From positions 558,001 to 622,000 of the forward strand of contig JBITNC010000001.1 of NCBI GenBank assembly GCA_050084985.1: DNA of 64,000 nt, read 5' to 3'. The stretch comes from Nageia nagi. Its lineage: Eukaryota; Plantae; Pinophyta. The position numbers and the translations under genes were made by a program. This document shows positions 51,136 to 62,943 of this stretch, in pieces; position 1 is the stretch's first letter, and each line of letters opens with the position of its first letter. The notes under the pieces were generated by a model. It was not told where the DNA came from. It saw only the letters and a list, made by a program, of their open reading frames with translations, and made no database searches.

Positions 51136-53816
51136 CTATGGATCTATAGGCTCATGTGCTAATGGTTGTGCATCCATATCCTCCTCATCTGTTGAGCTAT
51201 CTGACGATATGCTCTCATCATCCAAATGAAGAGTATGCAATGGCAATCCAAACATCGACTCATCAGCCTCATCATCATCAGCCTCAAGCTGGCCTGCCTC
51301 CACTGGATCAATGTCCCAACGTGCAGCTGGACTAGCTCTATACTCTGGCGTAACTCTCTCACTAAGGCGAAGAGAGCTATGCACTGCAACTAACTTCTCT
51401 GCTCTACGAGAAGTAAGTCTATTCCTTCGCAGACTATGGATGAAGCCATAGGTAGACCAATTTCTCTCCGCAGCAGATGAACTACCCACCTACAAACAAT
51501 CATTCAAATTAGATTTTTCATTTTTGATTATGTGAGAAAGGAGCATAGTACAATACTTAATGGCATGGCAATGGCATCTACTAACCTGGGAAAGGAGCCT
51601 AATCGCAAGATGCTTCAAGTGTGGAGCATCATCTCCATATAGCTCCCACCATCCAATGGGATCAGTTTGGGCAATGGTAGCCCTATCCTCCTTGCACTCT
51701 TGCCTGCTAAAACGAGGACCCTTAAGTCTCACAAATTTTACAAACTCCTCTCTAACTATACGACCATCCTCTCGTGAAAACATCTTGGCAAGGAAGTTCA
51801 TGAACCCATCTTTCAACTCAACATCATCATTAGGTGCCATTTTCCCAATCTTTGGTGCATACCATTTTGGGTTCAACACATGGGCAGCCATATGGAGAGG
51901 GGTATTCATTTTATTCCACCTACAAAAAGTTAAAAAAAATAATTTAATAAACTTAAAGACAAAAGTTAACAAACCAAATTGAAACTAAACTCTAAAGTTA
52001 ACAATCAACATTTGTTTTTGTTACCTCTTCTCTATGATGGGTCTAATATGGCCTTCATAAAAAGAAGGATCTTTGGCATTAATTATTCTTTTCATTTCCC
52101 CAAGCATGCTATCGAAGGTCTCGTATATCTCTCCTAAATTAGGAGAATCCGTATCGGCATACCTTATCACTTCAAAAACTGGGGAAATAAAAGATACAAT
52201 GTACCTACATTCAAAAAAAAAAAGAGTTAAAAAACTTAGAAAGTTAAATCTAATTGAACAATTACCTAATGACCAATCCAACTTGAAATTCAAACTACAA
52301 TAGTGAAACTTTCAAACTTTGTTACCTGGCTTCAGTCCACCAATTCTCATCCAAGACTTTATCTCTAAGTCTTTTTCCCTCCTGTGTTTGAGATTCTGGC
52401 CACCTCTTCCATTCTACACAAACTATCATGGATTGTAGTGCCTCCTGCACCTCAATCATCCTTTGCAATAGGATGAAATAAGTGGCATATCTCGTATCTG
52501 CAGGTTTAAGAAACTCCTTCTTTGAGAAGGAGCGAAAGAGGGCCAATGAGGTATGATGGTTGCAAATAAACATTTGCAAGTCTCTCGCTTCTGCAACAAC
52601 ATTCTTCACCCAATCTATTTTCCCAATGTCCTTCAATGCATTATTCAATGCATGAACGCAACATGGGGTCCAAAAAATATACCTGTAAGTGCCCTCTATC
52701 AATTTTCCTGCACGCTTGCAAACAGGGGCTGCATCTGTAATTATCTGTACAAAAAAAATTAAAACGTTACAGTTTGCCGTTTGGCATTTTTACAACAAAT
52801 GTCAAAAAATAAATTAGAGAACTAAAAGTAAAGTTTAAAGTTTTAAAATTTAAACTTAGTAAAGTGATTACCTGGACAACATTGGAGGATCCAACCTCCT
52901 CAATAGCCTCCTTCAACAGGAGGAACTGGAACTCTGCATCCTTTTTTTTTCCCGAGCAATCAATAGCTCGAAGAAAATAAGGACCCTCTGAACATGACAC
53001 CATTATATTGATGAGTGGACGTTGACGAATGTCAGTCCATCCATCCATAATAATGGAACATCCACTACGCACCCATGTAGCCTGCATCTCCGACATCATC
53101 AAACTGCATCTACTATACTGCTTCTCCAAAATAGAAGTACGGAGTCTAGTCTCGCCAGGTAGTACATATGAAGGTCCAGCCAACCTTACTTCCTCAAATG
53201 CTGCCCTCAAGTAAGGTGAGCGTGCAAGATGAAAAGGCAAGGCATGTGCATAAAATAATCTTCCCACTGCATCATCAGCTCTCTCTTTCTGCTGCAAGTT
53301 TAATGCTTCAGCTATATTTCCTCTTTTTTTGGAGGGGAATGTAGGACTTGGCAAGCTAGAAGAGAGTCCAATTTCTTTTTCTCTAACTGATGAGGAGGAG
53401 GAAACAATGGAGGCTTGGGTAGATTTAGGAATGGCCAGCCCATGATTCCTAAGGTAAGCCTCTTGTGCAAGCCTACTAGCTTCTGCAAACATAAATTTAT
53501 TCATTTCTTTACAAACCCTCACCCCTGCCCCTTGTTTATCAGTCAAATGTGATTCAATCCTAGTATAACTCCCTTTAAATGTGGAGTTACAAATGTGACA
53601 TTTATAAGTTCTTGCTCCCCCTTCAATCTTTTTCCCAGCATCTAGGTTTGTGACAAACTGTAACAGTGGTTTTTTAGGATTAAATGGGCCTTTAGCAAAA
53701 TGTTTTAACATTGTGGATGGGCAATCAAAGACTGATGTGTTTTCTTGCTCATTTTCAACTCCCATTTGTGATGTTTCTACCTCATAGCTTTGATTTTCTT
53801 CCTCAATATCACTCAT
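51136..53816 (-). CDS. hAT transposase, 5 exons (53816-52872, 52744-52326, 52204-52025, 51919-51586, 51489-51136), 743 aa
   Basis: Four GT-AG introns (127, 121, 105, 96 bp) join with compatible phases into 2232 nt with no internal stop. Motifs: BED finger CHIC...HL...C, IMDGWTD, VVQIITDAA, WTPCCVH, TRYAT, and the dimerisation domain SSSAAERNWS...RNRL. Confidence 0.93.
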
Positions 53817-53953
53817 CTTGGACTGTTTTTTTTTTTAAAACTACAAGTAAAGTTTAAAATTTAAACTAAACAAGTAGAGAATGAGAAACAGAAAATTAAA
53901 AACCTTGGACTGTGCTAAGTAATTTTCTTCTCCTCCTTGGCTTTTCTCCACTA

Positions 53954-54045
53954 CACTGCTGTGTTTCTCTTCCTCCCTCCTTGCTCTTTCTCCTCACTGC
54001 TGTGTTTCTCTTCCTCCCTCCTTGCTCTTTCTCCTCACTGCTGTT
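53954..54045. repeat. 41-bp tandem repeat in the hAT 5' leader
   Basis: CACTGCTGTGTTTCTCTTCCTCCCTCCTTGCTCTTTCTCCT at 53954 and 53995, with a partial third copy at 54036. Confidence 0.85.
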
Positions 54046-54254
54046 TTTTTTCTTCTGTTTGCTGTCTTTCTCTTCCTCTTTGCTGTCTTTCTCCTCTACA
54101 CAAAGACAAATGATAACAAAATCACTTTTAGCCTTTTAGAGGAGCTTTTTAGGGTTAAGGGGGGTGCAAAGTTAGGTGGGACCCATGCTAGGAGGTTTAA
54201 AAAGTTTTTTTTTTAAGTGAATCTGTTTTTTTTTTTAGCTTTAAGCTCTCCAGC

Positions 54255-54534
54255 TGCGCGGGGAACGCCGGACGTCCCCGGGAACGGTCGGGGAACGGCG
54301 GCCGTTCCCTGGCCGTTCCCGGGGACGGCCAGCCGTTCCCTGGCCGTTCCCGATCAGGGGGACGGTCGGGGAACGTTCCCCCTTCCCCGAGAGCCGTCTC
54401 GGGAACGGCCCCCAGCCGTCCCCCAAAAGGGGAACGGCTGGGAAACATTTCCCAAGGCGTTCCCGCGTTCCCAAAACGTGGGAACGTCGGGAACGGCTCC
54501 TCCAGGAGGGGGAACGCGTCCCCGTGGAACACTG
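54255..54534. promoter_or_regulatory. hAT subterminal repeat block (putative transposase-binding sites)
   Basis: About 16 GGGAAC/GTTCCC motifs in both orientations. About 5 more lie at 50690-50766. Confidence 0.75.
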
Positions 54535-57403
54535 GGAGTTATTGAATTGGAGAGATTGTTTGATCAGGATGTGATCCAAGAGAACAAACCTAGGGAACAC
54601 ATCAATGTAGAGGAAACAAAGAAAATCAACCTAGGGACATAACAAGACCTAAAGTATATCCTTCTCGGGAAATCTTGTACGGGCCATTTAAGAAGAGAAA
54701 TCATAAAAGCCTATTGAGAGTATATCGACGTGATTTCCTAGACATATGACCAGTTAAAAACTTATAATCCCAGGATAATCACTCATACCATTCCTCTCAA
54801 ACCAGGGACAAAGCCGTTTCGGCAAAAGCAAAGGGTGTTGAATCCTTTGCTGGAACCAATGATCCTTCGAGAAATTCAGAAGTTGGTTCAATCAAGGATT
54901 GGTTTACCCATAAGGCACTTGACTTGGGTCGCCAATATTGTCCCAATGAGGAAGAAGTCCGGTGAAATCAAAGTGTGCATAGATTTTAGACATTTGAACT
55001 AGGCTTCAGAGAAGGATAACTACCCATTGCCTTCCCTAGACGAAGTCTTGTAGATGGTGAATGGCTCTCAAAGGATGTCATTCCTAGATGGTTATTTCGG
55101 ATACAATCAAGTCCTAGTGGATAAGAGGGATAGATTGAAAACCACCTTTACCACCAAATGGGGCACCTTTACTTATAGCTGCATGCCCTTTGGACTGATC
55201 AATGTCGGGGTGACGTTTCAGAGAGCCATGGACTTCACTTTCAAAGTTTTGGTTGGCAAAAACATAGTCATTTACATGGACGACCTCACTGTTTACTCTA
55301 AAGATGTAAATGATTACCCTCGACACTTGAGGCAAATTTTCCAGAGATGTAGAGAATTTGGAATTTCTCTCAACCTGAAGAAATGTATCTTTGGAGTTAC
55401 AAAGGGTAGACTGCTCAGCCACATCATCTTAGAAAAAGGAATCTCCATCGATCCTGAGAGGGTAGTAGCCATCGAGAAAATCCCTTACCCTGCTACACCA
55501 AAGGAGCTTAGGTCTTTCATGGGAAAGATCAATTTCGTCCAGAAATTCATCTCGAGGTATGTCGAAATTGTAAAACCACTCAACGAGATGATGAAGAAAG
55601 ATGCCAAGATCAAATGGACGAACAAGGCGAAGAAAGCATTTCATGACATCAAGGAGGCTATATCCAAGGCACCTATTCTTACTAGCCTAGACTACAAAAA
55701 GCTCTTCTACGTAGACTCTTTTGCTTTAGAGCACTCACTAGCAGGGGCCCTAACTCAGAGAGACAAGGAAGAAAAAGACCTATTGCCTTCATGAGCACCC
55801 CTTAGAGAGATGCTGCATTGAGATATCCTATGCTAGATAAGCAAGCCTATGCCTTAGTGAAGGTGTTAAAGAAGTTTCGACACTGCATCCTGCATAGTGA
55901 AGTGATCGCCATTGTCCCTGATCCAATGATAAAGAATCTACTAGCCCAACAAGAAGTGGGCGTTCAAAGAGGAAACTGGGTCTCAACCCTCCAAGAGTTT
56001 GATATGTCAATTCAGCCCATGAAGATTGTGAGAGGGCAAGGACTCACTAAGACATTAGCCTCTTGTCAAGATGGCACAATGTCATCATCATCCAATGAAC
56101 CCATCAACACATCTCTCCAAATCTTTCAAATTGATATCCTGCCAGATTCCTGGTATGCGAACATTGTCTATTACATGACTTCAGGTGCCTATCCCCTGAA
56201 TTTTGTTTCAGCCCAGAAGAGAACCCTTCGGTACAAAGCAACAAAGTTTATGATAAAGGAAGGGGTTCTTTACAAAAGGAACTATCATGGTGTCTACCTC
56301 AGATGCCTAGAGAAAGAAGAGGATCATAGGGTACTTGAGGAGTTCCACAACCAAGAAGGTGGAATGGGCCATGCATCGAGGATTGCTTTGGCACACCAAA
56401 TTCTTCGTGCTAGATATTATTAGTCTTTCCTCTTCTGAGATGCACATCACTATGCTAAAACATGCCATGATTACCAAACCACAATAGGAAGGGAGAAGTT
56501 TTCTAGCGTGCCTCTACAACCAATCCTTGAATCGAAGCCATTTGCCAAATGGGGGTTGGACTTCGTAGGGGAGATCAACCCTTCCTCCTCCATGACACAC
56601 CAGTTCATCCTCATTGCCACAGACTATTGCACGAGATGGACAGAAGCCATAGCTACGAAGCAAGCCACCTCTGAAGTGGTCATTCAATTCTTGGAAGATT
56701 TCATTATGACACGGTTTGGCTCTCCTTTTTCAATAGTGTGTGATAACGGTCCTGGCTTTAGCTCACTCAAGCTGACAACTTGTCCACGAGAGAATAACAT
56801 TGATATCAAGTACTCCGCCAACCATTACCCTAAAGGCAATGGCCTAGAGGAGTCGACCAACAAAAACTTGCTCACCATCATCAAGAAGCTACTAAACAAG
56901 AACCCAAGAGATTGGCATAGCAAGTTGAAATATGTTCTTTAGGCAGACCTTATCAGGGTAAAGAATGCACTCGGAATGAGTCCATTTGAGTTAGTTTACA
57001 GAACATACCCAACTTTTCCGGCCAAGCTAAAGATCGGCACCATGCAGTTCATGAAAAATTATTTGGAAGCCGACGAAGTTTCGAAGACTAGAATAGTCCA
57101 ACTCACTCATCTAGAGGAGAAGCGAAAGCAAGCATTTCAAAACTTATCTCACCAACAGCAGGACACCAAGAGATGGTTCGATAAGAATACTCAAGTGAAG
57201 AGCTTCAGAATGGGAGACCTAGTCCTCCTATGGGACAAGGCTCATAAGAATAAAGGAAAGCATGCAAAGTTCAACAGACTCTGGCTTGGTCCCCTCTAGA
57301 TTGAATCTCTAGTGAACCCTACCACGTTTAAGCTGAGGTGACTTACAAAAGAAGAATTGTCGTTGCCTGTCAATGGTAAACACCTAAAGCACTACTTCCA
57401 ACC
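54535..57403 (+). pseudogene. Tat-type Gypsy pol: RT, RNase H, integrase (disrupted)
   Basis: RT SFLDGYFGYNQV...MPFGLINVGVTFQRAM...IYMDDLTVYS. RH DKQAYALVKVLKKFRH. Integrase WGLDFVGEI...TDYCTRWTEA...CDNGPGF...YPKGNGLEESTNK. GPF/Y-like tail WLGP. Confidence 0.95.
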
Positions 57404-59442
57404 ATGATCCCTATCTTTGGATGTGTACCATATTGTAATCTATGCTTTTCAAAGTATTCCTACAAAACGCAAAAAAAAGAAATGAACAAAAATACAAACT
57501 TCACAAAATACCATTGGGAACACCTAAATAGAGCAACCAATCTCAGGGACAGATCATCCTTTTCCCCAGAGACTATAGTTGGAACAGACATTGGGTTAAA
57601 GTAACTTGGTTATTTTCTGTAACAGGTAACGAACACATTACTAGAGTGACTGAGTTCAGGGATGGATCGTCTTTTTCTTTGGAGACTGCAGTTGGAATAG
57701 ACACTTTGGAAGAACCTGATGTCCCCGGACCTGGACTGCAACGCAGGTGTCCCGATGGCTACTCGAATAGCCAATGAGAGTTCTCTCACTATAATGAAAT
57801 TGACGATGCAACAGTGAGTGATGGTGCTGACACAGGCTCATTCCCTGTGGATGACGCAAGTCATTGTGTATCCACCAATTTAGGTTTTGTACTAGGATGT
57901 TGTGTTGTATTCATCGTTTCCCATCACCTGTTATGCATCCCATCAAGTCCACTTCACCATATTGTTGTTGTTTTGTTTTAGCTTATGTCATCGTTTTGTT
58001 GTTGTTTTGTTTTAGCTTATGTTGTTTTATTTTAGCTAATGTTGTGCCCTACAGAACTTGCCCCAAAATTTCGTAATTTTGGGGACCATCCACAACCCAT
58101 GCTCATGTGATGCCATTTTTGAACTATCTCCCCATCTTCACCTAACTAGAAACCATGCCTATCATCCCATCACCTAAGTGCATTCAACCGCCCAGTCTTG
58201 GTCATGTCATGATGAAAGCTAAAATCTTAAAAAAATGGCAAAGTCTGGAAATCTAAGTCGAATCTAGGTGAAACTGGGGAACTTGTGTTGAGTCTAAACC
58301 AAGCCAAGTGAGTTCGGGCCACTCCTAGGCCTGGTGCATGCTCCAGGAAGACAATTTCTAGGATGTGCACTTGAGCCAAGCGAACACCCAATTTGGAGTT
58401 CATGTTCGAAAAGTTGGATTGGGTCACTTCCAGACCCAACACATGCCACGAAAAGACAAACTTTTGTCTTTTTGGATCATGCGCCAAGCTCTTGGAGGCG
58501 CCCAGGATGGCATGAAGGTTGGAAAGAGCTAGCATGAGACATTTCAAGGCTAGCACATGCCTCAAAAAGATAATTTTTTGACTTTTGGGAGCATGTGCCT
58601 GAGCCAAGAGGCTGCCAGGACAAGTCTGGAAGATAGAGGATTGAAGCACACCTACTCAGAAGGATGGCGCATGCCTCAAAAAGATAAATTTTTGTCTTTT
58701 GGGAGCATTCACCAGGGGTAGAAAGGCATCCAGTTAGATCGAAGTGCGAAATTTGGCTAAGGCATGGAGCCTCGAAGCCCAAATCTAGCTCTAGCAAGAC
58801 CAAAGGTGCTGGCGCATGCCTAAAAAAGACAAACTTTTGACTTTTGGGAGCATGTGCCAAGCTTGGGAGGGCATCAAGACGGAGAAAACACGGAGAATTG
58901 GCTAAGTCCTGAGAGTAGAAGACCAAAACGAAGCAATTTTGGCCATTTGCAATCCAACACATGCCCTAGAAAGACAATTTTGACTATCTGGATCATGCGC
59001 CCAAACTGGAAGAGCCAGAAGTTTGGGCGCACATTTTGAAAAAACAAAATCTTCTCTTTTGAAATCATGCACCAAGCCTAGGAGGTGTTCTATGTTAGTT
59101 CATTGGTCAAAATTGGCAACCTAGGATGCTAGGAAAAGTGAAAATGGCCAAGTTCATGTCACATCTCGATCATGAAGGCCTGAGATAGACGAGTGGGGAG
59201 CATGAGAAGATGGCAAACGGTGAGCAAGCACCCCCAGGGTGAATGCATGTCCCAGAAGACAAATTCTTGTCTTTACTTTGCATACGCCAGCCTTGGAGGA
59301 GCCCCAGACCCCCATGTCCAGTCTCCAACGGCTTGGGAGCAAAAATTAAATGTGCAAGCATCTCGAGGTCGTCCATCTAGATGGCCAAGATCAATTCGTC
59401 CCTAGCCCAGTCAACTAGGGTTGCTTGGAATCCTGAAAATGC

Positions 59443-59471
59443 CTATAAATACAAGCCTAGAAGCTCATTTT
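59443..59471 (+). promoter_or_regulatory. TATA box + TCATTTT initiator-like module upstream of the LTR-embedded ORF
   Basis: CTATAAATA at 59443 and TCATTTT ~22 bp downstream, the same architecture as the LTR promoters at 36763 and 63183. Confidence 0.55.
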
Positions 59472-59524
59472 TCCCAAACTCAAATTCGACTCCTCTTCAT
59501 ATTGTGCGCCAGATTCTAAGGTAG

Positions 59525-62500
59525 ATGACGAAATTTGAATTTCAGAACTTGTCGCATTGCTTGGGTGGGCTTGCACAAGGAGTTAGGAGGCTAAGAGGGG
59601 CAACGTGGGAGTCACAACCTCCCGAAGAAGCCAGCGCATCACTTCGGAGAGCCTTTGTCACTCGCTAGGGCACCATGATCACTTCCAAAAGCAGTTCAAC
59701 CAAGGACTTTGCACAAGATTTGGAGACCATCAGGTAGGATTGCATTGTCACCATATGCGAGAGGCAAGATCCCTTACCCCAAGGGGCCAAGTTCTCCAAG
59801 AATGGGTTGGCCATGATCGAAGTCACAGATTGGCAGAAGGTAAACCCCATGCAGATGAGGGAGAAGATCATAAACATGTCGATCGGTGAGCTAAAACAGG
59901 ATATTGTATTCTTCTCTGGGATTTCAAATAGTACCTTCATGCCGTTCATAGCCCTCTTCCCAGAGTTGTGTTTAGAGATCAGCCAGCACTAGAAGAAGGG
60001 TGAGAGGGTGCTCCAGGACATCAAAGGCAACGTCATCATGGACTTCAACAACGAGGCCATCAAGGCAGCATTTCAATGGACCTTGGAGGGCAGCTTTGAG
60101 TATACTGAGGTAGAGTCATTGGCATGCTATAAAGAAACCAACAAGGCAATTGTGGCGATTAGAAGTTGGATGTTGGATGAACACCACTGCCTGAAGGGGA
60201 ATGCCCTCATCAATGCTTCTCGCTCCCACTTCTATTTGTCTGTGGAGTTGATGATCCTAATGCTAATGAGGGTCCACAGAAAGGAAGATGCATCTAAGTT
60301 AATAAAGGAGTTCTTCAGCTTCATTTTGGAGATTGCCAAAGGAAAGAAGATCAAGTGGAGCAAGGTGTTGAGCAACAACATTGCAGATCAGTTGTCATCT
60401 TTGGGGACCACATACAAATTCTATCTCAACTCATATTTGGTATACTTGTTGCTTCATGGCAAGTATAGACCTACGACTTTAGGAGAGGCAAACATGATCC
60501 AGAAGGGAACGTATGTTGTGTGGAAATGCTACCCCAAGTGGAAGATTGAGAGGAGATGAGAGAACTTCACGATGAAGAGTGATGGATGGGAGTATGAGAT
60601 CTACAAAGAGCTCAAGGGAGAAATCTTGGTTACCAGGATCTCAAACTCAACCCAAGATGCAGTGAGGAAGCATAGAGACTTCTTCATCCATCACCAGCAT
60701 TACTCCTATATTCAACTTTATGGGTCAGCTGTGGAGCCATACCAACTGCCTTGATATGTGAGCAACAGAATGCATTTGATGGAGATGATGAGGTAGTTGA
60801 CCCACTTGCATGAGCACGTCTGGCAAAAGAAATTCCCTACCTCAAATTTGCGATCATAGTGGGAGAATACCAGTGCAAAGCATGGGCAGATGTGAATTCC
60901 ATCATAGAGGAGTTGGGAAGGTACAACTTCAAAAAGATGCCTGCCGCTAGTCATTATGATCCTAAGCATAAGATCCATGGATTCTACATAAAAGAGAGGA
61001 AAAGAGCCTATGAGCATAGGCCACTTAGAGATGAGGAGTTGTTCAGAAATGTCAGCAATGAGTTGGAGAAGGAAGATTCGTGCTAAGATATAGGAAGTGG
61101 CTTAAAAGAAACAATGGGCAGTGGAGGCCACTGTTGACAAGAGGTTGTCACAGTCTAGGCGGAGAAGACTACAAAAATCTATATCCAAAGTCACTCAATG
61201 ATGATTGAGGATCCTATTGGCCAATATGCATCCATGCATGGCAAGAAGCTAGTTGAACAAGTGGTGTAGCAAGTTAGAGACACAGTAGATGAGCACGATA
61301 TGAGAGAGTTGGAGCATGTGGCAACTAACAAGATGGTGAGGTGTGTCAAAAACAAAGAAGAGGATCCATCACCACCCCAAAGACCATCGAGAGGGACAGC
61401 TTCGCGACCATCCCAGACTATTCCACCATCCGGGTTTGCATCTTCTGGCCCTTTGTGCGAACCAAACAACAGCCTGGAGGGGGAACAAGAAGGTGAGCAT
61501 GATGATGACGTCCATGAGAATGAGTTTGAGGAAGGAGAGTATGAGAGTTTACCTGGAGAAGAATCGAAGGAGGAATGTGAGGAAGAATAGAAGAGTGAAC
61601 ATGCAGCTAGCACATGCCCTTGCAATGATCTTCTTGATACCCAAAGGGATGATGAGTCCTTGGAGATTTTGAAGGTAGTCCACAAGCATGTTCCCTTGGA
61701 GCCCTCAACATCTCAAAGGAAAGGCAAAGACCCCACCCCCGAATCAGTACCAAAGAGGGCTCAGTTGAAGAGAGGATCTCAGTCTCAGTTATCAGTAGCA
61801 TCTGAGGAAGGTGCAAAAGAGGAAGGTAGACCTTCAAAGAGAATCAAGAAGAACACCATCGCCACTGCAGAAATAGTCGTTGAGACCCATCAGCCTTCAC
61901 CAAATCATGAATGGGGCATGGACATGGATGAATGCCTTGACATCTTTAACATGGATGTTGGGGAAGAGTTTGGGACCAGGGAAGCCAACGATCAAATTGG
62001 AGAGAGCTCCACTAGCTTGGGGAAGAGTCAAACCTATGTGCATATGAATGACAATGCAGTATACATTAAGACCTTAGTGGCTGAAAAGGATAACCCCCAG
62101 TGTCCCAGAGATTTTAAGCAAAGTAATTAGATCATCAATACAGATCCTATTGGTGTGACGGGCAGGCAACATGCAATCATCTCAAACACCAAGGCAATCG
62201 CCAAGGATGGGCTGTTAAAAGAAAAAGAAATAAAAAGCCTTAAGGAGTTAGCCGCTTAGAGGAGATTGACTTGTGAGATCAAGTCAGCCAAGGTACCAAC
62301 AGAAGAGCTTCGGAAGGTGAAGCCTCTCAAAGAAGGTATGATGGAGGTAAAGCAGGAGGTGGTCGACGAGATATTGGCAGTATTAAGGTGATTCATTCAC
62401 CCCCTTCACGAAGTCTCACTTGAGGAGAAGTTGAAGAACATTGTGACCGAAAGGGTCAGGCTCCTCGGGATTCTAGATTCTTGAAGGCCCATGATACTAA

Positions 62501-62943
62501 GATTCGAAGCAATGCAAGAACAAAGACTTGAGGATGTCAACTTTTGTGAAGACTATTGGTTCTACTTGGGCATGATTAATCAGGTGCTCACCCGTTTCCA
62601 AAAGACCAAGAAGGAGGTGGCCTTGATCAATGACAAGGCCTACTCATGCATTGAATAGATGAATTTCCAGGTTCAGTTCTTGGAGGACTCCATCATCAGA
62701 GAGGTAGACATAGTAGTGATAGAGGCAAGACACCTTCTTCATAGTTTGATCATGACGAAGGACATAAACTCCTACCAGTATAAGAGTCACTTGAGGCACA
62801 TGTTGCGGGCTCACACATGGAATATAGAGATGCAAAGGCTGATTGATGAGGTCGGAGATGGTGTTGCTATAAGCAAGCCGAAGTTTTTCAAAGATGTTGC
62901 ATGGATTAGAACTTACAGCAAGATTCTTGGAGGACAGCTTTGA
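59525..62943 (+). pseudogene. Decayed ~1,140-codon retrotransposon accessory ORF (globular N-terminus, acidic middle, coiled-coil-like C-terminus)
   Basis: The ATG at 59525 and the ORF pieces at 59807, 60008 and 60572 share one frame. Pieces at 60859, 61300, 61660 and 62659 share a second frame, so one frameshift plus scattered stops explains the whole. The motif IKWSKVLSNNIADQL....KFYLNSYLVYLL resembles plant transposon accessory proteins. Confidence 0.75.

Larger units (their letters stand above)
50672..54534 (-). mobile_element. Autonomous hAT DNA transposon (DUF659/Tag1-type), 3863 bp, structurally intact
   Basis: Perfect TIRs CAGTGTTCCAC / GTGGAACACTG. Perfect 8-bp TSD GGAGTTAT (50664-50671 and 54535-54542). 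GGGAAC subterminal repeats at both ends. Intact transposase gene. Confidence 0.97.

Noticed and set aside
54197-54642. Three overlapping GC-rich ORFs (111-141 aa)
   Set aside because: They are artefacts of the stop-poor hAT subterminal repeats, and two of them cross the TIR/TSD boundary.
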